Shown: positions 1 through 9,184, numbered from the stretch's first letter. The stretch: 36,426 bases of DNA from a virus (IMGVR_UViG_3300032272_000044:1-36426); one strand, 5' to 3'. Translations and numbers: made by a program. Notes: generated from the letters alone by a model not told the origin.

Positions 1-210
1 CGCTGACAGACCAGGCGGAAAAAATCGAGGGCGCTGGAGCTAATCGCCTGGACAAGAAGACAAACGCAGACGCGCGTAAAGAAGTGGAAACTGCGCTGGC
101 TGCCATTAAAACCCTGGCCCATAGGGCTGGCCCAATATCGGAGGCTCTGCGCGATGGTGCGAAAAACTACAAAGAGACCGGCAGGCTCAAAGACGCCGCT
201 CAAAAAGTCG
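1..210. repeat. Terminal direct repeat, left copy (circular assembly overlap)
   Basis: 1-210 equals 36217-36426 except T128 vs C36344 (GCT/GCC, both Ala). The repeat lies inside one continuous ORF. Confidence 0.97.
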
Positions 211-1613
211 CCCAGGCAGTCAGAGGAGAGGTTCAGCGAAATGGTCTCTCTGGGCTTACGGATGGCGGAGCTAGACGGGGAGGCCAACCTGCGCGAGCGA
301 GCGAGGGAACACCTGACACAAACGCCAGTTTCTCGGACCCGTTAGGTGATGCCGCCAAGGTCCAGGTGCAGCAAACCAGGCTTGCAGAGCCGGACACAGT
401 GCCAGGCGGCAAGGAGGAGCTGGCTGCGCTTGTTGCTGCTGGAGCGAGCCGGGAGGAAATCGATAATCATCCGATTTTCAAGGCTGCCCTGGAGAAAATG
501 GAAAGCATACCGGAAACGGACCGCGCACCAGGATTTGGCACTCCAGAATTTGAAGACGCGCGGGCGTTCGTCTTTGGGGGCGAGGAGGTCATAGGCCTTA
601 AGGAAGCAATGGGGCGCTGGATAAATGGCGCAAAACGTCTTGCCTTCGACGAAACAGGGACTATATATGAGGGTGTCGGCAGAGACAAAACGGCCACCAT
701 TGTATTGGGGCCACCAGCTGCCGGTAAGTCCTCCATAGCAAACGATATAGCGCTGGCCCAACGGGCGGCCATTATCGACGCGGACGAAATCAAGAAGACA
801 ATACCAGAGTTTGAGGGCGGCATAGGTGCCTCCGCAGTTCACGAGGAGAGCTCTGTGTATACGCAAGGCCTTGAGGCCGCTTTACGTCAAGAGGGCGCTA
901 ATGTCGTGTTCCCTAAAGTGGGGGCTGGCCAGGCATCCATTGAGAGAACAATCAAGGCATTCAAAGACGCGGGCTACACGGTTAGCCTGGTCAACATGGA
1001 CGTGACACCAGAGAACGCTTACCGGCGCATGGTGCAGCGGTTCCTGAACACTGACCGGATTATCAACCCGGAATATGTGGACGCTGTGGGCAGCAAGCCC
1101 ACGGAAACCTTTGCCAATATAAAACAGAAAGGAGGCGCGGATGGTTACGCGCAAATCGACAACAACGGGGCCAGGTTCGACCCGGCCACAGTCTCAGAAA
1201 TCGAAGGGGTCAACCCGCTTAAAGGCTCTCGCTTCCAGGATGCTCCTATCGGACAACAAGGACCGGACGGGCGACGGGGAGCGGATGCTGAAAAGGCTCC
1301 GCGCTCAGAAGTAACGCCAGCAGGCGAACAGCGCCTCATTGATGGCGTTGCACCTATCACGCAAAGGGACCGGCTCCAGGCAGATTTGGACCGGCCCCTC
1401 TCTGCGCCTGGTCGCGCGTCCGATACCCAGATCGGCGGCCTGTTTGACCCAAATGACCCTAGCCGGTTTGACCTGTTCGAGCAGGTTCCTGTAGGACGTG
1501 GCTTTGATGATGAGGGAAACGAGATTGCCCTAACCAAGTCGCGGGCGGATATAGCTGCGGAGCTGGACGCTGACGACGAGTTTGTAGAACAGTTGGAGGT
1601 TTGCCTGAAATGA
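1..1613 (+). CDS. C-terminal part of a 1107-aa internal virion/ejection protein (starts at 34506), containing a zeta-toxin-like P-loop kinase domain
   Basis: Frame is continuous across the junction (36300-34506 = 598 codons, plus the 509 aa in the track). Walker A GPPAAGKS at 708-731, then IIDADEIKK, HEES and GYTVSLVNMDV...AYRRMVQR, as in the zeta/PezT family. Confidence 0.85.
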   Translation, partial: LTDQAEKIEGAGANRLDKKTNADARKEVETALAAIKTLAHRAGPISEALRDGAKNYKETGRLKDAAQKVAQAVRGEVQRNGLSGLTDGGARRGGQPARASEGTPDTNASFSDPLGDAAKVQVQQTRLAEPDTVPGGKEELAALVAAGASREEIDNHPIFKAALEKMESIPETDRAPGFGTPEFEDARAFVFGGEEVIGLKEAMGRWINGAKRLAFDETGTIYEGVGRDKTATIVLGPPAAGKSSIANDIALAQRAAIIDADEIKKTIPEFEGGIGASAVHEESSVYTQGLEAALRQEGANVVFPKVGAGQASIERTIKAFKDAGYTVSLVNMDVTPENAYRRMVQRFLNTDRIINPEYVDAVGSKPTETFANIKQKGGADGYAQIDNNGARFDPATVSEIEGVNPLKGSRFQDAPIGQQGPDGRRGADAEKAPRSEVTPAGEQRLIDGVAPITQRDRLQADLDRPLSAPGRASDTQIGGLFDPNDPSRFDLFEQVPVGRGFDDEGNEIALTKSRADIAAELDADDEFVEQLEVCLK

Positions 1614-4078
1614 GCTTCAAGGATTGCATAGGGCGGGCCGTTGCCGGTGGCGAGATGGACAAGAAGCGGGCGGAGCAAATCATATCCGAGTATGATCGGA
1701 GCTTTGAGGCTTTCCGCCAGCATATGGGATGGACCCAAGCAGACGCAGAGGCCGCCAGGAGCACCTTGCGCCGCGTCCAGGCAGAGGCATTCGAGAAGCG
1801 GCGCGTTGTGCAGCTCCAGGCTGCGGCTGTCAAACGCCAGGGCGAGCGCATGGCCAAACATAAGACGATGCGCGGCGCTGATAATCCAGGCGGCTACCTG
1901 ATTGATGTGATATCGAACAAGCGTGGCTCTGGTGGTCAAACGCTTGACGGTAAATTCCACGTTGTGCGGGCTTCCTTTCGCTCTCAAATGGGCGAGGCTA
2001 TCCAGGCCTTCAGGGCAAACCTGGTCGGCGTTCGGCGCAATGTGGACACTTTGCGAAACGTCACGCGCGAGATTTTCGGGGAGGAAACGGGAGACAAGGC
2101 AGCAAAGGCAATAGCCAGGAGCTGGGCCGAGGTCTCGGAAAAGGCGCGCACCAGGTTCAACGCTGCGGGCGGTCACATCGGCAAGCGGGCAGACTGGGGA
2201 TTGCCTCAGCACCACGACGCGCGGCGCGTCCGCAAGGCTGGATATCAGGCCTGGAAGGCGGCGATCTTGCCGCGCCTGGACCTGGAGGTTATGGGCCGGG
2301 ACTTTAACGATGGCCTGCCCTTTACTCCCGAGAGCCTGGAAGTCTTGCTCAAGGACGCCTTCGAGGCCATCCGCACAGATGGCCACTCCAGGCGCAAACC
2401 AGCAGCCAGGGCGGGCGGTTCTTCCCTGGCCAATCGTCGGGCCGATCACAGGTTTTTCAAATTCAAGGATGCGGAAAACTGGATGGCTTACTCAGAGGAG
2501 TTTGGAGCTGGCCAGGATGCTTTCCGCGTGATGATGGGCCACTTGGACAATATGGCTATGGACATTGCCTTGATGGAGGAGCTCGGGCCTAACCCAAATC
2601 ACACGTTCGCTTTCCTGAAAGATGCAGCCATGTCACTGGCTCAGCGCTCGCCAGACACAAAGGCCCCCGACAGAGTACGCAAGGCCCAGACCACAGCTAC
2701 CGGCATGTTTGACTTGCTCCAGGGCAGAACGGACATTCCGCATAATGTATTCTGGGCTCAGGTCGGCTCCGCTGTGAGAAACTTTAGCACCTCGGCATTG
2801 CTCGGGCGGGCGGTTATTTCCTCGGTGTCTGACATAAACACAGCGCGAACCACGGCCAGCTTTATGGGCCTGGGACAGCTGGAGCCTACCAAGATGATGG
2901 CCAGGATTTACCGAAGCCCAGCGCTGCGGGCGGACCTCAACGAGGCGGGGCTGATCTTTGAAAATGCCGTTGATATCGGGAACGCTGTTGCCCGGTTCGA
3001 GCTTGAAGACATGCAATTCCAGGCAGCAGCCAGGCTCTCAGATTTTACCATTCGCACAACCGGGCTCGGCTGGCTGACGGAAGCCAGAAAGCAAGCGTTC
3101 GGCGGGGCGATCATGCACACGATTGCGAGCGATTGGCGCGGCAAGGCGTTTGGCGATCTGAAACCTCGGACGCAGCGGACGCTCAGCAAGTACGGTATAA
3201 CGCGGAGCGATTGGGAGTTGATACGCCAGGCAAAGGTCCACACAACCGAGCGCGGCCTGACGCTGGTGCGGCCTCAAGAGGTCGAGCGCGTGGCTGGCCA
3301 GGCTGTCGCTGACAGATATCTGGAGGCCATCCACTCAATGCAAGAGTTTGCGGTGCCTTCCACAGACTTGCGCGGGCGATCTGCTACCTTGGGCGGCACA
3401 AAGCGCGGCTCTATCCCTGGCGAGTTCATCCGGTTCGGGCTCCAGTTCAAAGGGTTTTCCATCACTCTACTAATGACGCATGTAGCGCGCGTTGTGGAGG
3501 AGGCAATGGCCGGACGCCCTGGCGGAGCCCTTGCCCTGGGAGCCAATCTGATCATAGGTAACACCCTGTTAGGTGGCGTCGCAATACAACTGAAAGAGCT
3601 GGCCAAGGGGAAAGACCCGAAGGACATGACAACCGCAGAGTTTTGGGGCGCGTCATTCTTGCAAGGTGGCGGCGTCGGTATCTTCGGAGATTTCCTTTTT
3701 GCAGATCACAACCGATTTGGCGGAGGCCTGGGCAAGACCCTGGCAGGCCCTGGCGTGGGGCTTATTGAGGACGTGGCAAAGCTGACAGCGGGCAACATTG
3801 CGGACCGGGGAGATAACGCCGGGCGGGACATGGTTGATTTTCTGCGCCGGTGGACGCCAGGCGGCTCCAATTGGTATTGGGCTGCGGTGTACCAGCGCGA
3901 GATTTTGGACCAGGTGCAGCAAGTGGTTGACCCGCGCGCGCAGCGTTCATTCAATCGCAGAGCACAGTCGGCCAAAAATTTGGGCTCAAGCTATTTCTAT
4001 CCGCCCGGTTCTTCTGCTATCACTGGCGAAGGACGTATTAGAGCACCCCAGCTTAAACGAGCACTAGGAGAACGCTAA
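1610..4078 (+). CDS. Large internal virion (DNA ejection) protein, 822 aa
   Basis: ATGA overlap with the upstream stop. Sits between ejection genes and the tail fibre. Gly-rich hydrophobic C-terminal third (FLQGGGVGIFGDFLF) as in epsilon15/APSE-type ejection proteins. Confidence 0.75.
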   Translation: MSFKDCIGRAVAGGEMDKKRAEQIISEYDRSFEAFRQHMGWTQADAEAARSTLRRVQAEAFEKRRVVQLQAAAVKRQGERMAKHKTMRGADNPGGYLIDVISNKRGSGGQTLDGKFHVVRASFRSQMGEAIQAFRANLVGVRRNVDTLRNVTREIFGEETGDKAAKAIARSWAEVSEKARTRFNAAGGHIGKRADWGLPQHHDARRVRKAGYQAWKAAILPRLDLEVMGRDFNDGLPFTPESLEVLLKDAFEAIRTDGHSRRKPAARAGGSSLANRRADHRFFKFKDAENWMAYSEEFGAGQDAFRVMMGHLDNMAMDIALMEELGPNPNHTFAFLKDAAMSLAQRSPDTKAPDRVRKAQTTATGMFDLLQGRTDIPHNVFWAQVGSAVRNFSTSALLGRAVISSVSDINTARTTASFMGLGQLEPTKMMARIYRSPALRADLNEAGLIFENAVDIGNAVARFELEDMQFQAAARLSDFTIRTTGLGWLTEARKQAFGGAIMHTIASDWRGKAFGDLKPRTQRTLSKYGITRSDWELIRQAKVHTTERGLTLVRPQEVERVAGQAVADRYLEAIHSMQEFAVPSTDLRGRSATLGGTKRGSIPGEFIRFGLQFKGFSITLLMTHVARVVEEAMAGRPGGALALGANLIIGNTLLGGVAIQLKELAKGKDPKDMTTAEFWGASFLQGGGVGIFGDFLFADHNRFGGGLGKTLAGPGVGLIEDVAKLTAGNIADRGDNAGRDMVDFLRRWTPGGSNWYWAAVYQREILDQVQQVVDPRAQRSFNRRAQSAKNLGSSYFYPPGSSAITGEGRIRAPQLKRALGER

Positions 4079-4079
4079 T

Positions 4080-5537
4080 ATGACCGTTTCTGTAAATGAC
4101 CTGATTGTAGGGCCTACCCTCCTGGCGAACGGTGTTGACACCATTTCGCTAGATTACATCTTTGCAGATGAGAGCTGGCTGGAGGTCTACAAGACCGGCT
4201 CAGAAGCGGCGCTCTCCCTGGGCGTGGATTACACGGTGGCAGGCGTCGGCACGGCCAGCGCTGTGGTGACGCTCACAACCCCGGCAGATGGAACGGATTA
4301 CTATTCTGTTTACCTGGTTGTCCCTCTCCAGCGCTCCAGCGACCTACAGCTGCGCGGAGAGTTCAAGACCGGACCGCTCAACGCCGAACTAGATCGGCTC
4401 TGGCAAGCAATGCAGGGCGTAAAAGCTCTCGTCACCAGGGCGATTGCTGTTGGCCGCACGTCGCCAGCTGTCCCTCCTCTGGTTTTCGACGCAGCTGCGG
4501 ATACGAATGGCCGAGCCATTATGTTCAACGCTGACAGCTCAGAGCTGGAGCCTGGGCCAGACGCCACGGACATAGCTAACGCTGCGGCAAATGCTACGGC
4601 AGCGGCTGCCTCGGCTGCTGCTGCTGCTGCTGCTGAAAGTAGCATTATAGAAGACAAGGGAACGTGGCTCACGGCGACAGCCTACGATCAAAGCGACGTT
4701 GTGCAGCACGACCCAGGCGGCGGGATTAGCAGCTATATTGTGCCTGCGGGCATGGGCCACACGTCTGGGGTTTTCGCCACGGACCTGGCAGCGGGCAAGT
4801 GGGCGATCTTTGCCCAGGCTGGCGCGTCCGGTGCTGGCTCGGGCGATATGCTCAACGCCAACAACCTGGCGAACCTGGTGAATAAGGCCACTTCTCGCGC
4901 TAACCTCGGTGTTGTTTCTGCCACGACCTCGGCGGAGGGCCTGGTTGAAAAGGCCACGGCTGCGGAGCTGGCGGCTGGCGCGAATGACAAGTTCCCTGAT
5001 TGTGATGAAGTTAAAAACGAGCTCGACACCAGGTTTGCCGCGTTTGCTGGCGGTGGCTGGGAGCCTTGGGACGGTGGCGCGGACCCGGTGGTTTACGACC
5101 ATGCTGTGGATGGCAGCCTGCTCACAATTCGGATGCTGCCAGGGAGTAATATGCACGTTGCTGGCTTTGATTATGAGTATCACTGGGCTCTAACGGGCAA
5201 CACGACAAACAGGATCCCCCATCTGGAGTGGCATAGAGCTGTTAGCGCGGACCTTATAGACACTCCGTCGCTTGATATCGTTAGTCCAACTGCCATGCAG
5301 GCGGGAACTCTCTTGCTTTTAAACCCAGGGAAAACCTCAACGGCTGTAAAGTTTGGCCAGCTCACAACGAGTAGGCTGCCCGCTGTCGTGGCAGGGGCGT
5401 CCGCCGCTAACATCCAAGTCGGCCTGCATGTCAATTTCGACACGCCGCAGGCCTGCGATTATATGAACCTTGAGCTTAACGCGGGGCTTTTCATTAGCGG
5501 TTTCGTTAAGGCTTACCGCAGGGTTTCGGTGATGTAG
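4080..5537 (+). CDS. Tail fibre with T7 gp17-like N-terminal attachment domain
   Basis: N-terminus (LGVDYTVAG...PLQRSSDLQLRGEFKTGPLNAELDRLW) has the podovirus fibre-anchor pattern. Poly-Ala coiled coil, KGTWLTATAY..DVV motif, GDML..NNLANL..KATSRANLGV and ATTSAEGLVEKAT fibre motifs. Confidence 0.85.
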   Translation: MTVSVNDLIVGPTLLANGVDTISLDYIFADESWLEVYKTGSEAALSLGVDYTVAGVGTASAVVTLTTPADGTDYYSVYLVVPLQRSSDLQLRGEFKTGPLNAELDRLWQAMQGVKALVTRAIAVGRTSPAVPPLVFDAAADTNGRAIMFNADSSELEPGPDATDIANAAANATAAAASAAAAAAAESSIIEDKGTWLTATAYDQSDVVQHDPGGGISSYIVPAGMGHTSGVFATDLAAGKWAIFAQAGASGAGSGDMLNANNLANLVNKATSRANLGVVSATTSAEGLVEKATAAELAAGANDKFPDCDEVKNELDTRFAAFAGGGWEPWDGGADPVVYDHAVDGSLLTIRMLPGSNMHVAGFDYEYHWALTGNTTNRIPHLEWHRAVSADLIDTPSLDIVSPTAMQAGTLLLLNPGKTSTAVKFGQLTTSRLPAVVAGASAANIQVGLHVNFDTPQACDYMNLELNAGLFISGFVKAYRRVSVM

Positions 5538-5566
5538 TATGGACGAGTTAACAGGAGAACTAAACA

Positions 5567-5848
5567 ATGGCTAGAGATGCCACAGTTTCATTGTCGCCAG
5601 AGACCTGGACCGAGCTGACAAATGCGGACGTTCTGAGCATCACATTTCAGAACAAAGGCCCGAGCGGAATAGAGCTGATTGCCACAACCGGCGCGGCTCC
5701 TACCGATTTTGACGGGGCCAAGCGCTACCTGCCCAGCCAGGGGGAGCTCAACATTGACGTGGCTGATATGTCGCCAGGCGTTGCGGCTGCCAGGGTTTGG
5801 GCTTTTGCCACGGAGGGCCGCGCGCAAGTGGCCGTGTCTCATGCGTAG
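5567..5848 (+). CDS. Small beta-rich virion-associated protein, 93 aa
   Basis: AGGAG RBS; located in the fibre cluster. Confidence 0.7.
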   Translation: MARDATVSLSPETWTELTNADVLSITFQNKGPSGIELIATTGAAPTDFDGAKRYLPSQGELNIDVADMSPGVAAARVWAFATEGRAQVAVSHA

Positions 5849-6008
5849 CCCGGTCTCGGGCGGCCTGCCCAATATCCCCTCGCCCTTTGATGATGTGAAG
5901 CGCGACACTGCACCACCCCCTACGATACCGCCAACTGTCTGGCGGGTTGATAGCACTACCTTGAAAATGGACAGCACAGTTATCACAACGGACGGGAGCC
6001 AACCCTAA
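5841..6008 (+). CDS. Small protein, 55 aa, ending in a DSTTLKMDSTVITTD motif
   Basis: ATG at 5841 overlaps the end of the upstream gene; its stop is coupled (TAATG) to the next start. Confidence 0.55.
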   Translation: MRSPVSGGLPNIPSPFDDVKRDTAPPPTIPPTVWRVDSTTLKMDSTVITTDGSQP

Positions 6009-7222
6009 TGGTCAAGCAAGTTATAGGAATAGGCGCTGCACCAGACGATGGAACAGGCGACCACGCGCGACTAGCTTTTACGAAAGTGAACAGCAACTTT
6101 ACCGAGCTCTATGATGCTGAGGCGCTGAACACGGCCAAGGTGACGAACGCCACGCACACGGGAGAGGTCACTGGTGCAACAGCCCTGACGATCACTGACA
6201 AGGCCGTTACCCTGGCGAAGATTGCAGACATTGCAACCGCGCGCATCATGGGCCGCGTGACAGCTGGCGCGGGCTCTATGGAGGAGTTGACCGCTGCCCA
6301 GGTTCGAGCGGCCCTCAATATCGAAGACGGCGCGGCGGCGGACCTTACGGGCGCTGAGATTAAGGTGCTTTATGAGGCCCTGGCAAACACGAACGAATTT
6401 AACGACGCGGAGAAAACCAAGCTCGGGACCGTCGCAACAAATGCGGACGTTTCCCCGGTAACTTCCGTGGCGGCCTTGGTCGGCGCGATCACAGCTGCGG
6501 GTTTGCGGACTGCTATTAATGTCGCTGATGGTGCTGAGGTCAATGCGGTAAACTCTGTGGCTGCCCTTACAGGAGTGATAACTGCGGCTGCCTTACGCAC
6601 GGCCCTAAATGTGGCGGACGGTGCTGACGTGTCGCCTGTGGCCTCTGTGGCGGCCCTTACGGGCGCGATCACTGCGGCAGCTCTACGAACGGCTCTCAAT
6701 GTGGCGGACGGTGCGGAGGTTAATGTGGTTGATAGCGTCAACAGCCTTACCGGCACTGTTGTCCTCGACCCCGACGACCTGGACGACACAAGCACAGCCA
6801 ATAAATTTGTTACTGCGGCTGAGATATCGAAGATTGCAGCTGCTGCCACGCTGACGGGTGCTGAAACTCTGACAAACAAAACCCTGACAGACCCTAAAAC
6901 CAACGTCACGGAAAACCCGCAAAGCGGCACGGCTTACACCCTGGCGCTGACAGATGCGTCTAAGCTGGTCACGCGATCTAATGCCACGACCGACACCACA
7001 ACCATTCCGGCCAACGCGACGGTGGCTTTCCCTGTCGGCACCTGCATTGTGGTGCAGCTGACGGGCGCGGGCGTGGGTACGATCGTTGGAGCTACTGGCG
7101 TGACGCTCAACGGTGTTTCCGCTGGCTCTGGCACTATCGGAGCGCAGTGGGGCGCGGTGGCTCTCTACAAACAAGCAACAAACACCTGGCTTGCCTTCGG
7201 TGATATTGGCGCGGTGGCTTAA
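6008..7222 (+). CDS. Second fibre/receptor-binding protein with T4 gp9/gp10-like N-terminal motif and 30-aa repeats
   Basis: MVKQVIGIGAAPDDGTGDHARLAFTKVNSNFTELY; repeats of VxSVAALTGxITAAALRTALNVADGA; C-terminal AYTLALTDA...TIPANATVAFPVGT module. Confidence 0.8.
   Translation: MVKQVIGIGAAPDDGTGDHARLAFTKVNSNFTELYDAEALNTAKVTNATHTGEVTGATALTITDKAVTLAKIADIATARIMGRVTAGAGSMEELTAAQVRAALNIEDGAAADLTGAEIKVLYEALANTNEFNDAEKTKLGTVATNADVSPVTSVAALVGAITAAGLRTAINVADGAEVNAVNSVAALTGVITAAALRTALNVADGADVSPVASVAALTGAITAAALRTALNVADGAEVNVVDSVNSLTGTVVLDPDDLDDTSTANKFVTAAEISKIAAAATLTGAETLTNKTLTDPKTNVTENPQSGTAYTLALTDASKLVTRSNATTDTTTIPANATVAFPVGTCIVVQLTGAGVGTIVGATGVTLNGVSAGSGTIGAQWGAVALYKQATNTWLAFGDIGAVA
6445..6755 (+). 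repeat. Degenerate 90-bp coding tandem repeat (3 full copies plus a partial one)
   Basis: aatgt(c/g)gc(t/g)ga(t/c)ggtgc recurs at 90-nt spacing (~6518, 6608, 6698). Confidence 0.85.
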
Positions 7223-8041
7223 ATGAGTATCGCGCTTTTAATGATGGGGGCGGCCTGTTCGGGGCAGGCGGCAGCTGCCTGGCTTCCTTCCGACAGCGGG
7301 GCATATACTGACTGTATTGCGTGGTATGATGCAAGTGATGCTAGCACACTCACGCTTTCCGGTTCTGACGTCACCCAATGGGATGATAAAAAGAACAGTA
7401 ACGACCTAACGGTCGCGACAGGTTCCCCGGCGCTTGGCGCAACTCTTAACAGCTTAAATACTGTTGATTTTGATGGCACCGACCTTCTTAGTAAATCTGC
7501 GGCTACTTATGTCGGAGCGTCTGGCTACAACTACGCGATTATGGTCGTTGACCCTGATGGTGGGTCAGATCAGTTCTTTTTCAGTTACGGCGTTACGGAC
7601 GTAGGCGGGGAAACCTTCTCGGCCACCACTAACGACAACTCGGCAAATGATGAATTTACAGGGCGTTTGTTTAACGGTGCGGTTGATAGTGGTTCTGCGT
7701 GGACAGGAGCTTCACTTGTTTCCTTTGGTATTGCCCAAGGTGCAGCGCATAGCACAATGGAAATACGGCACGACGGCACTGACACCGCTCACGGCGCTGG
7801 TGGTGCAAGCACACTTACTGTGCAGACCTCACCCAAGATTGGGCTAGGTGGCTATACTCGCCTTTCTGGTGGTGCATATGGACGATATAATGGCCGCATT
7901 GCTGAAATTCTATTCTTCAACACCGAACCGACAACAGCAGAGAAAGAAGAACTAGAGGGCTACCTTGCTCACAAGTGGGGGCTTGCGGCGAACCTGCCAA
8001 GCGGCCACACATATAAATCAGCACCCCCGACTGCTCCATAG
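7223..8041 (+). CDS. LamG/concanavalin-A-like lectin-fold virion protein (probable receptor-binding tip)
   Basis: AWYDASDAST...VTQWDDK, YNGRIAEILFFN, ELEGYLAHKWGL motifs. Confidence 0.75.
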   Translation: MSIALLMMGAACSGQAAAAWLPSDSGAYTDCIAWYDASDASTLTLSGSDVTQWDDKKNSNDLTVATGSPALGATLNSLNTVDFDGTDLLSKSAATYVGASGYNYAIMVVDPDGGSDQFFFSYGVTDVGGETFSATTNDNSANDEFTGRLFNGAVDSGSAWTGASLVSFGIAQGAAHSTMEIRHDGTDTAHGAGGASTLTVQTSPKIGLGGYTRLSGGAYGRYNGRIAEILFFNTEPTTAEKEELEGYLAHKWGLAANLPSGHTYKSAPPTAP

Positions 8042-8050
8042 GAGAATAAA

Positions 8051-8341
8051 ATGTTTAGCAAACCACCAGAATATTGGGCAGTTCTCGCGGGCATGGTTCT
8101 CTATATGGCCATCAAAAACGCCGCTGACAATCCGCTCAAATTTCGCATCCTTAAAACGCTGGCCTCTGCCCTGCTCACGCTCGGATTTTCGGAAGACCTT
8201 GCGCCTTGGGTTAGGGACAGCGAGACCCTGGCGGCCATTGCCATAATGGCGGGCGGGCTTATCCTTTTAGACACCTTGACCAGTATCATGTCTGACCGCG
8301 ATTTTATTAAGGATATCATTAAATCGCGCATCGGGAGGTAA
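8051..8341 (+). CDS. Putative holin
   Basis: GGAG RBS; 96 aa with 2-3 hydrophobic segments and a basic C-terminus; upstream of the endolysin. Confidence 0.65.
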   Translation: MFSKPPEYWAVLAGMVLYMAIKNAADNPLKFRILKTLASALLTLGFSEDLAPWVRDSETLAAIAIMAGGLILLDTLTSIMSDRDFIKDIIKSRIGR

Positions 8342-8343
8342 GT

Positions 8344-8484
8344 ATGTATCACACTGTCGAAACCTTAAAGCGTCAAAAGCTGACTTTCTTTATTTTGGTT
8401 ATCATTGTTATAGTGTCGGCGTGGCCTGCTGCTCGGAACGAGTACCAGGGGAGACCGCACTACGAGGAAGCTACAACAAAGTGA
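8344..8484 (+). CDS. 46-aa single-TM protein in the lysis cassette (not in the ORF track)
   Basis: GGAGG RBS at ~8334-8338; MYHTVETLKRQKLTFFILVIIVIVSAWPAARNEYQGRPHYEEATTK. Confidence 0.6.
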   Translation: MYHTVETLKRQKLTFFILVIIVIVSAWPAARNEYQGRPHYEEATTK

Positions 8485-8492
8485 GCTAGTAA

Positions 8493-8870
8493 ATGGGCGA
8501 TCTGACAAAGAACTTTAGCCGCCATGAATTTAAGTGCAAGCACACTGGCTTGCCTGGCCAGTGCGAGCAGGTCGGACCGACCCCGGAGCTCCTGGCTATC
8601 CTGCAAGAGATGCGTGACGATCTGGGCAGGCCTATCACAATCATCTCGGGCCATCGCTGCCCGGCCCACAACGCCAATGTTGGCGGCGTCCCTAGCTCGC
8701 AGCACCTCAAGGGCAACGCTGGAGACCTTCGGGTTAAGGGTATGACCCCCAACGAGGTCCAGGAGTATTGCCTGGCGAAGTATCAGGGCCGCTACGGCAT
8801 TGGGCGATACAACACCTTTACCCACATTGACGCGCGACCAGGCCCGCATCGCTGGGACGAACGCACATGA
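8493..8870 (+). CDS. Endolysin, peptidase M15A family
   Basis: NFSRHEFKC, ISGHRCPAHNANVGG..SSQHLKGNAGD and GIGRYNTFTHIDAR supply the His/Asp/His zinc ligands. Confidence 0.9.
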   Translation: MGDLTKNFSRHEFKCKHTGLPGQCEQVGPTPELLAILQEMRDDLGRPITIISGHRCPAHNANVGGVPSSQHLKGNAGDLRVKGMTPNEVQEYCLAKYQGRYGIGRYNTFTHIDARPGPHRWDERT

Positions 8871-9184
8871 TCAAATATGTTCTAGCTGCTGCTGGTGCTG
8901 CCATCATTGCGCTGGGCTCCTGGCTCCTGGTGGAGCGGGGCCGCGTTGCCCACTTCAAAGAGAAAAGCATAAACTTGTCGCACGAGCTGGCCACCAAAGA
9001 CTTTGCCATAGCCCAGGCACAAGAGGCCAGGGACGTTGCCAGGGCCGAGGCCGTGCGGGTAAGCTCTAAGGCAGCTGAGTTCGACGATATCCGAGAATTT
9101 ATATTGAGAGGTCCGAACGATGAGGTTTTGCCTGATGCTTTGCGCGGCATTCTTGACCGCCTGTTCACCGAAAACGCTCACTGA
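8867..9184 (+). CDS. Rz: Inner-membrane spanin (Rz-like)
   Basis: N-terminal TM helix followed by a coiled coil; directly after the endolysin. Confidence 0.75.
   Translation: MIKYVLAAAGAAIIALGSWLLVERGRVAHFKEKSINLSHELATKDFAIAQAQEARDVARAEAVRVSSKAAEFDDIREFILRGPNDEVLPDALRGILDRLFTENAH

Noticed and set aside
84-1613. Stand-alone zeta toxin gene starting at GTG 84 with a toxin-antitoxin partner
   Set aside because: The frame is open upstream through the junction to 34506, and no epsilon-like gene is adjacent.
1145-2449. 434-aa minus-strand ORF and other long antisense ORFs (e.g. 28889-29815, 30263-31246, 32745-33638)
   Set aside because: They are shadows of well-supported plus-strand genes in GC-rich DNA, with no motifs or RBS.
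4590-4635. (GCT)n repeat as a contingency locus
   Set aside because: It is an in-frame poly-Ala coiled-coil linker, common in tail fibres.
4080-8041. Diversity-generating retroelement, as in BPP-1-like phages
   Set aside because: No reverse transcriptase ORF and no TR/VR repeat pair differing at adenines was seen.
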